DNA of 64,000 nucleotides from Candidatus Culexmicrobium cathedralense (GTDB taxonomy: Archaea > Thermoproteota > Methanomethylicia > Culexarchaeales > Culexmicrobiaceae), in NCBI GenBank assembly GCA_025061115.1, contig JANZKC010000001.1:416001-480000 (forward strand), in the 5' to 3' direction. The notes beneath the pieces are model-generated. The model was not told where the DNA came from and made no database searches. It worked only from the letters and a program-made list of their open reading frames with translations. A program made the translations under genes and the position numbers. Of this stretch, positions 40,000-50,250 are shown one piece after another. Every line of letters starts with the position of its first letter. The stretch's first letter is position 1.

Positions 40000-42226
40000 G
40001 CTCTCGCTTCTTAGCCTCATTCCAACCACTAACATCCTGATAGTAGCCAGTAACCCTACTCCACCATCGCACGTCATTGGAGCCGCAACTTGGGCACTCC
40101 TCATGAAGCATCGGGGAAACTCTTCCACACGAATTGCACACCGTCAAGTCCTTAGTGTAAGCGAAGTAGCCAACCTGCGTTTTCGTAGCAATTTTTTGCG
40201 TAACTCTAAGTAGCGCGTGAGGATCCGGATAAGCCTCGCCAAGCCAAATATGGAAAATATTTCCTCCAGATAGCAATGGGAAGAACTTGTGTTCAATTAA
40301 TAGCCGCCTACTTAACGGGATTTTAGCACCAACATAAACATGAGTGCCATTACTGTAATAGACTGGGACATCCCTCTCACCTTCAGCCAGCATTTTCCTA
40401 GCTAAATTGACATCCCCCTTAACAGTTGCTCTAGCCATAGAGCCAAACTCCCTAGACATGAGATCGCATACAGCTAGCCTCTGAGCACAGCTTTCTGCAG
40501 GCGTTCTAGCTAAAGCTAATTTAATGCCGTGCTTAGCCTCAAGCTCCCTCCTATACTTCTGCATGTAAAGTAGAACCTTAACAAGCAACTTGACAGCTTC
40601 GTCCGATTCATGCAGCTGATAGCCAGTATGCCACTGAGCCATCTCGTTTCCACCAACAAGCCCTATAACGAATACCAGCTCATTGAAATCAACTGCAGGG
40701 GGACCTCTCTCACCAGTTCTTGGATCCCTAGGCCTCTGAGTAGCAAATGGCAGCCTACCGTTTTTAATCATCAGATCCATCCAGTGCATTTTACACTTAA
40801 ACACCTCTACAGCCAAGTCCATTAACCTAAAGATCTCCTCTATTAGCTTATCATCATCGCCTCTAGCCTTATAGGCAGCCCTGGGAAGGTTGAGTGTTAC
40901 AACTTGCCAAGCACCCATGCTAAAGTGCTTTCCATTAACGAAGTACATTTTATCGTAAAACTCAGGGTCGCTATCAGGCGTCTCAGTAAAGGCGTAAGCG
41001 CAGCACTGATAGCAAGAAACGCCTTTGCCATAACCGCGATACGGAGGAATAGCATTATCAAAGTATGGGGTGCCAAACTTGGCAACAACCTTGTGAACTG
41101 CAAGCCACTCTTCATAGTACTCGTCATTAAAGAACTCGGGTGTAATGTAGGTCTCTAGCTTCGGAAAGTTAAAAGGCTTCCCCCAATAGTCACCTTCAAG
41201 AGCAACTTCATAAATTGCTCTAAAGAATAGACGAGCTTCATCTTCATAATCCCCATACGTATCTGGCCCCACTTGCCCCCTCAAAACTACAGGCTTATCC
41301 CTCCAAACCTTCGGTATGCCTGGAGAAAGTTGAATATTGGAGAAAACTAGTTGCCCTCCTCGAGCAACATAGCATTGAGTTAATTCGTAAAACATCATTT
41401 GCGCTAACTGCTTAATTTGCCGGTAACTTAAACCCCTCATAAACGGAGCTAAAAACACGTTGTAGTTGTAAAAGCCTTGTCCGCCAGCAAAGTTTGTTTG
41501 CGCAGCAGCCAAAACCTTAACTGAATGTAGAATGGCTACTTCAGGGTGCTTGGCGGGTCCAGCCACGCTAGTCTTAAATCCAGTTCCATCAGGCATCAAC
41601 CCATAATATAGGTAGTATCGCAGGTCGTGATCCTGACAGAACGGTCTAGTTCCGAAATACTCCAAATCATGTATGTGAATCTCGCCCTTCAAATGGGCGT
41701 CAGCCACGTGCATTGGAAGAAGTAGAAGATATTGCTCCTTAGAAAGCTTGTCAGCCTTCTTCTTATGCGAAGTCTCTGGATTAGGCTGTAAGTTAGCATT
41801 CTCCTTAGCTTCGAATCCTAATCCAATATCAATCAAGTACGAGTCATATACTGGCGTTCCAACCCTCGTTAGGACATTTCTATAAACAATGTACTGGGGC
41901 TTATCGGTGGACCATTCAAGCAAAATGTTGTTAACCACTTCACGTATTAATGGTGCACTTACAAAACGCGCATTCATGCTAAGTATTCTGCGCTCAGCCT
42001 CAAGCGCAATTGCCTCAGCCTCCTCTCTGGATATTGGAGGAATGTCAAAGAACTTCTCTGCCAACCGAGTTTCCTTTAGAAGCTGCTTGACGATCTTACT
42101 TCTATCCCAAGGCTCAAAAAAGCCGCTACTTGTTCTAACCATAATTCCATTTGGGGAAGCCGCTTTAACGGATTTTAACCAACCATTATACCTTTCAAGC
42201 CACTCAAGCTTACCCATAAATCTCAA
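39962..42226 (-). CDS. nrdD: Anaerobic (class III) ribonucleoside-triphosphate reductase
   Basis: ATP cone, HIHDL, PAKH, FNFPK, QCC, TLNLPR, TPAES, CNSCG..CPSCG, SRVTGYY glycyl-radical loop. Confidence 0.96.
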   Translation of the reverse strand: MRFMGKLEWLERYNGWLKSVKAASPNGIMVRTSSGFFEPWDRSKIVKQLLKETRLAEKFFDIPPISREEAEAIALEAERRILSMNARFVSAPLIREVVNNILLEWSTDKPQYIVYRNVLTRVGTPVYDSYLIDIGLGFEAKENANLQPNPETSHKKKADKLSKEQYLLLLPMHVADAHLKGEIHIHDLEYFGTRPFCQDHDLRYYLYYGLMPDGTGFKTSVAGPAKHPEVAILHSVKVLAAAQTNFAGGQGFYNYNVFLAPFMRGLSYRQIKQLAQMMFYELTQCYVARGGQLVFSNIQLSPGIPKVWRDKPVVLRGQVGPDTYGDYEDEARLFFRAIYEVALEGDYWGKPFNFPKLETYITPEFFNDEYYEEWLAVHKVVAKFGTPYFDNAIPPYRGYGKGVSCYQCCAYAFTETPDSDPEFYDKMYFVNGKHFSMGAWQVVTLNLPRAAYKARGDDDKLIEEIFRLMDLAVEVFKCKMHWMDLMIKNGRLPFATQRPRDPRTGERGPPAVDFNELVFVIGLVGGNEMAQWHTGYQLHESDEAVKLLVKVLLYMQKYRRELEAKHGIKLALARTPAESCAQRLAVCDLMSREFGSMARATVKGDVNLARKMLAEGERDVPVYYSNGTHVYVGAKIPLSRRLLIEHKFFPLLSGGNIFHIWLGEAYPDPHALLRVTQKIATKTQVGYFAYTKDLTVCNSCGRVSPMLHEECPSCGSNDVRWWSRVTGYYQDVSGWNEAKKRELMDRYRTPISEF

Positions 42227-42486
42227 CTCTCCACCAATTTTGATAAAAGAGCTTCATTAAGCGAATCTCCATTAAACAGCTCTTCCTCCGAGTAGAAGTT
42301 GCCATTTACTTCCAAAATTGGAGCAGACATGATGAAAACATCCCTCATAACAAGTTCAGCCATAACATCAGGATCCGAAAGATCCCTCTCTTCAAACGGT
42401 ATGTTCCTGCTCTTAAGCCAACTCTTCACTATTAAGCACCTTGGGCAACGAGGCGTGGTGTACAATATGACTTTAAAACTTGACAT
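42223..42486 (-). CDS. Glutaredoxin/NrdH-like redoxin
   Basis: YTTPRCPRC, SAPIL; 4-nt overlap with nrdD. Confidence 0.9.
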   Translation of the reverse strand: MSSFKVILYTTPRCPRCLIVKSWLKSRNIPFEERDLSDPDVMAELVMRDVFIMSAPILEVNGNFYSEEELFNGDSLNEALLSKLVES

Positions 42487-42618
42487 AGCTGACAAAAATG
42501 TTAAGCACTAGAAGGATATAAGCTTAAATTGAGTTTTCTATCGAAAAGTGTTGATAACGAACTTCCATCAAATTTTACACTTTGCATGAAAAATTGAAGG
42601 ACATAAAATTTAAATTAG

Positions 42619-42984
42619 CTATATCAGTATGAAGGGAGGCTTCTCCTTCAACCTTATAATGGGAACAGCAATCCATCCAGGCCTAACCCCCTCAGCCAGC
42701 ACAACTCTTTCACCCCTTTCCTCAGCTTTAACTAGGAAGTACTTGCCTTTAACCTCCTCATCACTCTCATAATAGTAGAATATGGGCATCCCATAGAATT
42801 TGTAGTAATCCCTATAAATTGCAATAATGCCGAGAATGTCCTTGCCTCCATGCTTAAAGTGGAGCACGTAGGTGGGCTGCCCCAAAGCAGCAATGTTAGC
42901 TACAAATCGAGCTAAATCCTCAATGCTATCAACTCTCAAAGAGAAGGGAGGATCAACCTTAGGTTGAGCGCCAATTTCAGCCAT
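42619..42984 (-). CDS. Conserved hypothetical archaeal protein
   Basis: GGTGAGGTGA before ATG; V.SIEDLARF, DYYKFYGMPIFYY, PIIRL. Confidence 0.75.
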   Translation of the reverse strand: MAEIGAQPKVDPPFSLRVDSIEDLARFVANIAALGQPTYVLHFKHGGKDILGIIAIYRDYYKFYGMPIFYYYESDEEVKGKYFLVKAEERGERVVLAEGVRPGWIAVPIIRLKEKPPFILI

Positions 42985-43042
42985 TCACCTCACCAAATAG
43001 ATTATGTATAATTAATGTATTTAATTGGATTGGAGAGAATAC

Positions 43043-44290
43043 ATGGTCAAGCTAAGCTTAATCCCCACAGCCTCGCCAATACACCCAAAAAGCAGATGGG
43101 CGAGGAAAATAGATGAAATTGTTAAGAAAATATCTCAAGCAAACATCGAATTCGAATTAACTAAGTGCATCACCAGCCTAGAAGAGGCCCTAAAATTTAA
43201 GATGGAAACGGATGCAGCCGGAACGATCATTATAGTCTTGACTGGGGGAACATCAACCATCGCTAAGGAAGTAGCTTTAAGATCAAAAAAGCCAGTAGCA
43301 TTTTTAGCTCATGGAGAAGACAACTCGCTGCCATCAGCAATTGAAGCAAGAGAGAAATTGAAAATTGAAGGAATTTACTCCAAGCTAATTTATGTCGATC
43401 TGGAGCAAAAAACACTGAATAAGGAGCTTAAAGTATTTGCAAATGTAGCTAAAGCATACGATTACCTAAGCAACTTCAAGATCATAGGAATAGAAACAAA
43501 TCTAAACAACTACATCAGTATAGGAGAAATCAAAATTAAAATCATCAATGTAAGCGAAGAGGAGCTCTCAAGCACAGTGAAATCCATAAACGACATCGAG
43601 GTCGCCCAACTCGAAGAGGAGCTTACTAAACGAACTGAGATTACGGACATATCTGAAAGCGACTTGAAAAAGTCGATTAAACTTTACTTAGCAATTAGAA
43701 GGCTAATGAAAAAATATGGAGCCAATGGAGTTACTTTCAACTGCTTCAAATTCATATTAAAATATAAGATAACACCCTGCCTAACCATCAGCCTAACAAA
43801 CTCAAATGGCTTTATAGGAGCCTGCGAAGCGGAGGTTCCAGCAGCCATAGCTATGATTATTGGCAGCTCACTGTCCACAAAACCATCATTCATGGGCAAC
43901 TTATCGGCTTTCAACATTAAGAGCAATACAATAACGCTCGCACACTGCACAGCTCCACTCAATATAGCTGAAGGTAAGGCGAGGCTAGTGAGGCACTTTG
44001 AAACTGGCTTAAGCGTCAGCTTGGACGTCCCCATGAGCAGACAAGACGTAACTTTGCTATCCCTAAGTAAGGATTTAAGTCAATTAATGGCTATCGAAGG
44101 AGAAATCCTGCAATCGTCCATGAAAAATCCAAGCATGTGCAGAACCCAAGTCAAAGTAAAACTCAGCGTACCAGTTGAAAAATTCATGGAAAAAGCTCTT
44201 GGAAACCACCAAACAATAGTTTTCTGTAAAGTAAGAGAGGTTATTGAGGAGCTAGCTAAAAACCTGGGGGTAGAGTTCGTCAGCCCATAA
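43043..44290 (+). CDS. L-fucose/L-arabinose isomerase-like protein
   Basis: TGGT, NSLPSA.E, CF....TPCL, ACE, LAHCT.P, HFETG, CRTQ, GNH. Confidence 0.8.
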   Translation: MVKLSLIPTASPIHPKSRWARKIDEIVKKISQANIEFELTKCITSLEEALKFKMETDAAGTIIIVLTGGTSTIAKEVALRSKKPVAFLAHGEDNSLPSAIEAREKLKIEGIYSKLIYVDLEQKTLNKELKVFANVAKAYDYLSNFKIIGIETNLNNYISIGEIKIKIINVSEEELSSTVKSINDIEVAQLEEELTKRTEITDISESDLKKSIKLYLAIRRLMKKYGANGVTFNCFKFILKYKITPCLTISLTNSNGFIGACEAEVPAAIAMIIGSSLSTKPSFMGNLSAFNIKSNTITLAHCTAPLNIAEGKARLVRHFETGLSVSLDVPMSRQDVTLLSLSKDLSQLMAIEGEILQSSMKNPSMCRTQVKVKLSVPVEKFMEKALGNHQTIVFCKVREVIEELAKNLGVEFVSP

Positions 44291-45452
44291 CCTCCTCAAC
44301 GAACCTCCTAATTCTATTAGCTCCCTCCCTTATCTGATCAATGGATGAGGCAAAGCAAATCCTTAAATGATGCTCTCCTCCAGCGCCAAACACGCTTCCA
44401 GGAACAGTGCAAACACCAGCTTTAGCTAGCAGCTCACTAGCCAACTCCACCGAGCTCATTCCCAAAGCGGACATTTCAGGAAAAGCGTAGAAAGCACCCT
44501 TGGGAGCAGTGCACCTAACACCCTCAATAGAGTTTAAAGCTTCAACCAGGAACCTGCGCCTCTCATCATACTTCTTAACCATTTCGAGAACACAGCTTTG
44601 ATCACCCTTTAATGCAGCAACGCCAGCATACTGCACAAAAGCTGTTGGGCAAGTTGTAGCGTTTTGCTGCACTTTATTGATGCAGTCAATTACGCTTTTA
44701 GGCGCAATGGTGAATCCAAGCCTCCACCCAGTCATGGCCCAAGCCTTAGAGAAGCCATCAACAACTATCAATCTATCCCGAACCTCAGAAAATGAGAGCA
44801 TAGTATGCGGCTCCACTTCGTCGTAAACAATGAGGCGATAAATTTCATCTGAAATAATGTACAAGTCATGATCTAGAGCTAGGTCAGCAATTACCTTCAA
44901 GTCCCTTTTAGATAACACTCCGCCAGTTGGATTATTCGGCGAATTCACCAGAATAACCTTCGACTTATCGCTGATCGCATTCTTCAACTTCTCTTCATCA
45001 AGAACAAAACCATCGCCACAAGATACTTCAACAACTCTACCTCCAGCCAGCTCCACGCAAGACCAGTAAGTAGGCCATGCTGGCGTTAAGACTATCACTT
45101 CATCTCCGCTGTCAACTAGAGATTGAATTGCTGCGAAAATGGCAAATTTAGAGCCGGGAGTAACTATAACTTCACTTTTAGCATCAACATCCACCTTGAA
45201 CCTTTCATGGTAATAGTCTGCAATAGCCTCCCTCAACTCAGGAATACCGCGAGATGGAGTGTAGTGAGTATAGCCTCTTTCAAGCGCTTCAATAGCCGCC
45301 TTCCTAATGTGCTCCGGAGTTTCGAAAACCGGTTCGCCAATGTCAAGCCTAATAATCTTTTCTCCACGAGCTTCAAGTTGCCGCGCCTTCTCAGCTATGC
45401 TTAGTGTGGGAGAAGGCTTTAACCGCTTAATCCTACTTGAAAAACCCCTCAT
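44280..45452 (-). CDS. Class I/II PLP-dependent (aspartate/aromatic) aminotransferase
   Basis: IGEP, NSPNNPTG, SDEIY, GFSKAWAMTGWRLG. Confidence 0.96.
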   Translation of the reverse strand: MRGFSSRIKRLKPSPTLSIAEKARQLEARGEKIIRLDIGEPVFETPEHIRKAAIEALERGYTHYTPSRGIPELREAIADYYHERFKVDVDAKSEVIVTPGSKFAIFAAIQSLVDSGDEVIVLTPAWPTYWSCVELAGGRVVEVSCGDGFVLDEEKLKNAISDKSKVILVNSPNNPTGGVLSKRDLKVIADLALDHDLYIISDEIYRLIVYDEVEPHTMLSFSEVRDRLIVVDGFSKAWAMTGWRLGFTIAPKSVIDCINKVQQNATTCPTAFVQYAGVAALKGDQSCVLEMVKKYDERRRFLVEALNSIEGVRCTAPKGAFYAFPEMSALGMSSVELASELLAKAGVCTVPGSVFGAGGEHHLRICFASSIDQIREGANRIRRFVEEVMG

Positions 45453-45565
45453 GCACTAGCACCCCTCAATGACGGTAAGAATTACATGACAATCAAACTT
45501 AAATTTTTAGGTCTGGAAAGCCGCGTAAAAGCATGTAAAAAGAAGAAGAAACACTGAAGTTTCGC

Positions 45566-45859
45566 TTAGCTCTTTCGCGCTAGCACTATTTCGATCGTTG
45601 AAACGTTGCGCGCTTGATCGCCACTTCCCACTAGCTCAGTGCCAATATTTACGCTTTTAACCTCCACTTGGTCTGGCAAGAAACGCGTCTTCACAATTTC
45701 AGCTACATCAACAGCCTTGCTTATGGCTCTGCCCCTAGCTTTGATAACTACTTCATTGGCTCCTTGATTGAACTGTATAATTGCTGCTAGCACGTAGTTC
45801 ATTGTTCCCTTTTTACCTACCAACACTACATTTCCTGTCTGACTTTGCGCTGAAGCCAC
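45566..45859 (-). CDS. albA: DNA/RNA-binding protein Alba
   Basis: [32 protein letters not shown]. Confidence 0.97.
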   Translation of the reverse strand: MASAQSQTGNVVLVGKKGTMNYVLAAIIQFNQGANEVVIKARGRAISKAVDVAEIVKTRFLPDQVEVKSVNIGTELVGSGDQARNVSTIEIVLARKS

Positions 45860-45955
45860 TTACAACCCTCCGACCTACTCGTGCGATGAAGTCGTATTTA
45901 AGTGAGTGATGATCAAGGATTTAAGTCTTACTACAAGTGTAAATGAGAATTTTAT

Positions 45956-46261
45956 CTAATCTTCAAATAACTCTTCCCTAATCGTGTTTATGAATAACTT
46001 CGCCTTTTCAAAAGCCTCAACACCCTTTTCAGTTAAAGAGTAGTAAGTGTCGCCGTTCCTCTTAACCTTCTTTATCAATCCTTCCTTAGACAACTTGTAC
46101 AGCACAGCATAAACAGTCACGGTTGATGGCGAAAACTTAAACTTCTCCTTTATAGCCTTCTTAACCTCATACCCGTACATCGGCTTATTCTTCAATACCT
46201 TTATGACATATAGCCACAAGTTTTCCTTAGTTAGCTTCTTCACGAGCCTTTCATAGGCCAT
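45956..46261 (-). CDS. PadR family transcriptional regulator
   Basis: LWLYVI..L..KPMYGYE, TVYAVLYKL..EGLI, YYSLTEKG. Confidence 0.93.
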   Translation of the reverse strand: MAYERLVKKLTKENLWLYVIKVLKNKPMYGYEVKKAIKEKFKFSPSTVTVYAVLYKLSKEGLIKKVKRNGDTYYSLTEKGVEAFEKAKLFINTIREELFED

Positions 46262-46332
46262 TTAGTCGTCGCTCCACAATATTTACGGAGCGAAATATAT
46301 TTATACTTTACATAGCACCACAAGCCCTTCAA

Positions 46333-46360
46333 GAAAGCTCGTTATAACGACTTTCGAAAG
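46333..46360. promoter_or_regulatory. Palindromic putative operator (TCGTTATAACGA, followed by CTTTCGAAAG)
   Basis: Perfect 12-bp palindrome 46339-46350 with GAAAG/CTTTC outer arms, between divergent padR and hypothetical genes. Confidence 0.4.
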
Positions 46361-46477
46361 CGGCTTCCAAGATATCAAGCGCCCGCCACGATGTCAGCAA
46401 CAATGGTTGAAGGATTTATTAGGGAAGAAAGCAAAATGTAAAAGCGAATTCAGCCAAGCAAAGCGCAAGGTGGAATT

Positions 46478-46942
46478 GTGGCTGAGAAAGAAAGAGAATT
46501 AGATAGAATTAGAAAGTTAATTGAAGAAAAAATAAATGAATTAAATAGAGAATTAGAAGCTTGGAAGCTCTGCCTAAAGCTCCTTGAAAAATCAGTTAAA
46601 GTTGAGGAGAAACCCGAAGAGAAAGCTAAACTTTTAGTTGAAATCAAAGATGACTTGGGAAATCCATTAGCCAAAATCTACAGCGATAACCAAAACTTGA
46701 TAATACTCCCTGAAGAAAACGTCTCAATAAACACCGCATCAAGGGAGTTTAAGCAGTTCTTCGTCAGAAAAGTGTTGGATGGCATTAAAAAGGAGAATCC
46801 TCTAGCAGACTACGAGATAGATGAGGAGAATGGAGTACTACGTAAAGTTATAGTTAAAAACGTTTCAGGAACGAGGGAAATTAGGAGAATTCAAGGAGCT
46901 GTCAAATGGACTTTTAAGAAATTCATCAAAACTAGGCTTTAA
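46478..46942 (+). CDS. Conserved hypothetical protein with N-terminal coiled coil
   Basis: Heptad-rich N-terminus; F..FFV.KVL and AVKWT motifs. Confidence 0.75.
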   Translation: MAEKERELDRIRKLIEEKINELNRELEAWKLCLKLLEKSVKVEEKPEEKAKLLVEIKDDLGNPLAKIYSDNQNLIILPEENVSINTASREFKQFFVRKVLDGIKKENPLADYEIDEENGVLRKVIVKNVSGTREIRRIQGAVKWTFKKFIKTRL

Positions 46943-47492
46943 ACCACTTAAACATAAAGTAGGAAACCTCCTTGGTCTCCGGATTTGTAACTGCAATGAT
47001 AAACCTCTTCCTAACGCTGTGAGAAAGCCTGCCAGCCCTAACAATTTCTATTGGATCAAGCTTGCTGTTCATGGGCAACACATCAACGAGGAAGGGCGCA
47101 TGATCAATGCCAGGGCCAAATTCGTAAACTGCAAAGTCAGCTCCAAACTTCATTCCTGGCCTAACAACGAAACCCCTTTCCCTCAAATCCCTATAAACCC
47201 TATAAATATCGTCAAATAAACTATAAGTTTCTCTAGCGATTTTCAGAAGTTCATCGCGAGTTAGCTCCGCACCCTGAACGTCAACAACCCTAATTCTACC
47301 CTTCTCTAGCAAGTAAAGCGCTTCAAAGAGGGATAACTCAAGAGGCGCGTCAAATAACATGTCCTTAGGCTTCCTAATTCCCACAGGCTTACCATAAAAT
47401 CCTTCTCGATATAAGCGGCGAGAAGCTTCAACATCCCATACTACAACTCTTCCATTCATAAGAACTGCAACCGCAATTTCATTGTCACTCAT
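46932..47492 (-). CDS. endA: tRNA-intron endonuclease, catalytic subunit
   Basis: LSLFEALYL, VYRDLRERGF, G.KFGADFAVY..GP..DHA, RLSHSVRK. Confidence 0.95.
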   Translation of the reverse strand: MSDNEIAVAVLMNGRVVVWDVEASRRLYREGFYGKPVGIRKPKDMLFDAPLELSLFEALYLLEKGRIRVVDVQGAELTRDELLKIARETYSLFDDIYRVYRDLRERGFVVRPGMKFGADFAVYEFGPGIDHAPFLVDVLPMNSKLDPIEIVRAGRLSHSVRKRFIIAVTNPETKEVSYFMFKWFKA

Positions 47493-47567
47493 ACCAAATC
47501 ACCCAACTGCACGCAACGGTTATTTACGAAATGCTACCTATAACTCCCTCAGCTGGGCGGTGAACTA

Positions 47568-48635
47568 ATGCTTCGACAGTTAAACAAGCGCAAAGACAAA
47601 CTTATAATAGTAGCGTCCTATGCCGTTGGAATTGCAATAATTATATTACTTCTACACTTTGCTGGATTCGGCAAGGTCTCATCGATCATCATGAAAATTA
47701 GCCTGCAATTCTTCATTATAACATTAGCTTTAGATCTAGCTGGACTAATATTCTACGCATTAACTTGGCACATACTATTAAGAGGACTAGAATGTCAAAT
47801 TAACTTCAAAACAACACTTACTATTTCGCTTGCAGGCATATTCATGTGCTACGTGACCCCATCAGGATTGCTACTTGAACTACTAAGAATCGTACTTGCC
47901 AATAAGGAGGCTAAAGTTCCAATAGGCTACGGCGCAGCAACCGTCGTAATGCACAGAATACTATACACACTTGGATTCGTGCTCTGCGCCCTATCGAGCT
48001 ACGTAGCGATATATGGAAAATACACCTTGATTGGAGCTGCAGGATCCCTCCTACTACTCATAATATTATTCTCACTTGGATTTGCGGCAGGCATGTTCTA
48101 CCTAAGCCAAAGAGCGGACATATTGGAAAAAATCATCACAAAAATATACGAAAAATATGAAGACAAAATAAGCGGACTAATTAAAAAGTACGAGCCGGAG
48201 AAAGTAGTTAACTCGCTCGCAAACACAATTTCAGACTTCAAGAATTCATTCCTCAAATTGAGAAATAAGCCAGTACACCTATTTACAGCATTTATGGCCG
48301 TCCTATTAACATGGATAGTTGATATAGGAATATTCTACGTAGTTTTCCTAGCCCTCAACTTCAAGATATCAATCTGGGCCATAGCACTAACAATAGTCGT
48401 GGGAGACTTCATACAAATGACTCCAATAATGATTCCAGGAATGCTTGGAATACTGGAAACCGTATTTACAACAACCCTGCTAGCATTCGGAGTGCCAATC
48501 GACGTAGCGACCTCAGCAGTCATCCTAGCTAGAATAGCTACATTCTGGTTCGACATGCCAGTCACAGCAGTAGCCGCCTCCTACTACGGCATAAAATACC
48601 TTATGCGAGGAGCTGAAGCGCTGAAAACAACCTAA
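47568..48635 (+). CDS. UPF0104 / lysylphosphatidylglycerol-synthase TM (flippase-like) protein
   Basis: About 8 TM; W..LL, TPS, TP..PG.LG..E, RIATFW. Confidence 0.85.
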   Translation: MLRQLNKRKDKLIIVASYAVGIAIIILLLHFAGFGKVSSIIMKISLQFFIITLALDLAGLIFYALTWHILLRGLECQINFKTTLTISLAGIFMCYVTPSGLLLELLRIVLANKEAKVPIGYGAATVVMHRILYTLGFVLCALSSYVAIYGKYTLIGAAGSLLLLIILFSLGFAAGMFYLSQRADILEKIITKIYEKYEDKISGLIKKYEPEKVVNSLANTISDFKNSFLKLRNKPVHLFTAFMAVLLTWIVDIGIFYVVFLALNFKISIWAIALTIVVGDFIQMTPIMIPGMLGILETVFTTTLLAFGVPIDVATSAVILARIATFWFDMPVTAVAASYYGIKYLMRGAEALKTT

Positions 48636-50239
48636 TCAACAATTAAACCTTCAACAGCCCTTTCAGAAACCACCCGCACAATCCTAATTTTAACAATTCT
48701 ACCCACAAGCCCCTCAGCCATACGCTCATTTTTTATCCGAATAACAGGCCCGTGCCTAAACGGGTAAGCTATAAACCGCATGCCCTTAAATTGGGATCTA
48801 ACAACTATAGCCTCAACAACCCTGCCTACAAGCTTCAGCTTCAACTGCGAATTAACCTTATTAGCGGCACTCCAAATCATGAAGCTAACTGGATCCCTAT
48901 GAGCTGGTGGAGCTTTAGGAAAATCTCCAAATGCAGACATTGGAAGAGGCTGAAAGCGATAAACAGTTATTTTTTCAACGCCAATTGCAGCTGACTTCTC
49001 AATAAAGCCAACCGTTGCTTTAGCTGTTTCAATAGTCTGACCAGGAAGGCCGTGAATAAAGTACAGGCATGGTCTTAAGCCAAACCGCTTTAAAATTCTC
49101 GCTGCCTTCAGTGCTTCTTCAGGCGATGAAGGCCTGCCAAGCGCATATGAATGCTCAGCAGATCCAGTTTCACATCCAATATGCACGGGCGAATCCTTCA
49201 AGTACCTCCCAAGAATCCTTGCAACCTCATCAGTCACCAAGCAAGGTTTAACATTTTCAATTCCCACAAACACCCGCTCTCCACTTTCCTTAATAACAGA
49301 CGAAATTTCTGAGAGAAGATGTTCAATTTCATTTAAATTAGGCGGAGGCTCTCTAGGGTCAGTTAGCGGCTTAGGCTCAACCAGCATATCTCGCCCATAG
49401 TCAAGAAAATCAGAGCCACTTAAAATAAGCCTCTTAACTCCAACTTTTATTAAGCCCCTAACCTCCTCAACAATCGACTCGATTGACCTGCTCCTGGACG
49501 GACCGAACAAACTTGGAACCGAGCAATATCCACATCCAGGAGGAATGTTTTGAGGGCAGTAGTATCTCTCCTCCAGGGAGCCTTCTCTGCAAAGCCCGCA
49601 ATCAATGCACCTCCTTCCATCGGGAAGCGGCATTGAAGTCCTATAATAATTGCTACACCCTCTAACCACTTCCACGTAAACTCTGCAGGCATAGTAATTC
49701 GGATAGCCCTTCACAGCACTTATAGACGGCTTGTAAGAACTAAGCTTAATTCTACTCATCACTGGCCTCAACGAATTGACTCTAACGCCGGAGCTATCAA
49801 GATAAGCTAATCCTTTAATTTCGGAAAGCTTCTCAGGCGACAGTTCTCCAGCCATAATTAATGGTAAAAGTTCATCTAAAGTTTCCTCACCTTCACCTAT
49901 AACAGATATCGAAAAACCAGCTCTAATTAAAGCATCATAGGGATCAGCTGCAATTGGCCCACCAATCACTGCAACTCCACCGGAATGCCTATCCCAAATA
50001 GACTTCACCTTCCTTGCAGTAGGCAAGTCGACGGTCATAGCGCTCACAAGGAGAATTGAAGCCTTAGCCAGAAGCTCAGGTCTAGAGAGAACCACGTGTG
50101 CAGGGTAAACTCTAACATTCAGGTTATGCTTTTCCAGAACTCCAGCTACGGCTCTCGGTCCAGCCCCTATAACATCTACTGTTGCAAATCTCCGTCCGCG
50201 ACCAGCTCCTAAAGCGTCGACAACTACTGCTTCCATCAA
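48632..50239 (-). CDS. B12-binding domain radical SAM protein with C-terminal TRAM-like domain
   Basis: DVIGAGPR, IGGP, GEGE, EVVRGC...(insert)...GCGYCSVP, GCETGS, YFIHGLPGQ. Confidence 0.88.
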   Translation of the reverse strand: MMEAVVVDALGAGRGRRFATVDVIGAGPRAVAGVLEKHNLNVRVYPAHVVLSRPELLAKASILLVSAMTVDLPTARKVKSIWDRHSGGVAVIGGPIAADPYDALIRAGFSISVIGEGEETLDELLPLIMAGELSPEKLSEIKGLAYLDSSGVRVNSLRPVMSRIKLSSYKPSISAVKGYPNYYACRVYVEVVRGCSNYYRTSMPLPDGRRCIDCGLCREGSLEERYYCPQNIPPGCGYCSVPSLFGPSRSRSIESIVEEVRGLIKVGVKRLILSGSDFLDYGRDMLVEPKPLTDPREPPPNLNEIEHLLSEISSVIKESGERVFVGIENVKPCLVTDEVARILGRYLKDSPVHIGCETGSAEHSYALGRPSSPEEALKAARILKRFGLRPCLYFIHGLPGQTIETAKATVGFIEKSAAIGVEKITVYRFQPLPMSAFGDFPKAPPAHRDPVSFMIWSAANKVNSQLKLKLVGRVVEAIVVRSQFKGMRFIAYPFRHGPVIRIKNERMAEGLVGRIVKIRIVRVVSERAVEGLIVD

Positions 50240-50250
50240 TTATCTCCTAG

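Noticed and set aside
39962-42226. Possible intein or intron in nrdD
   Set aside because: Normal length, continuous motifs, no intein splice-junction or LAGLIDADG signature
45880-45935. C/D-box-like words (GATGAA, GTGA, GTGATGA) upstream of albA
   Set aside because: No terminal CTGA D box at the right spacing; better explained as the albA promoter region
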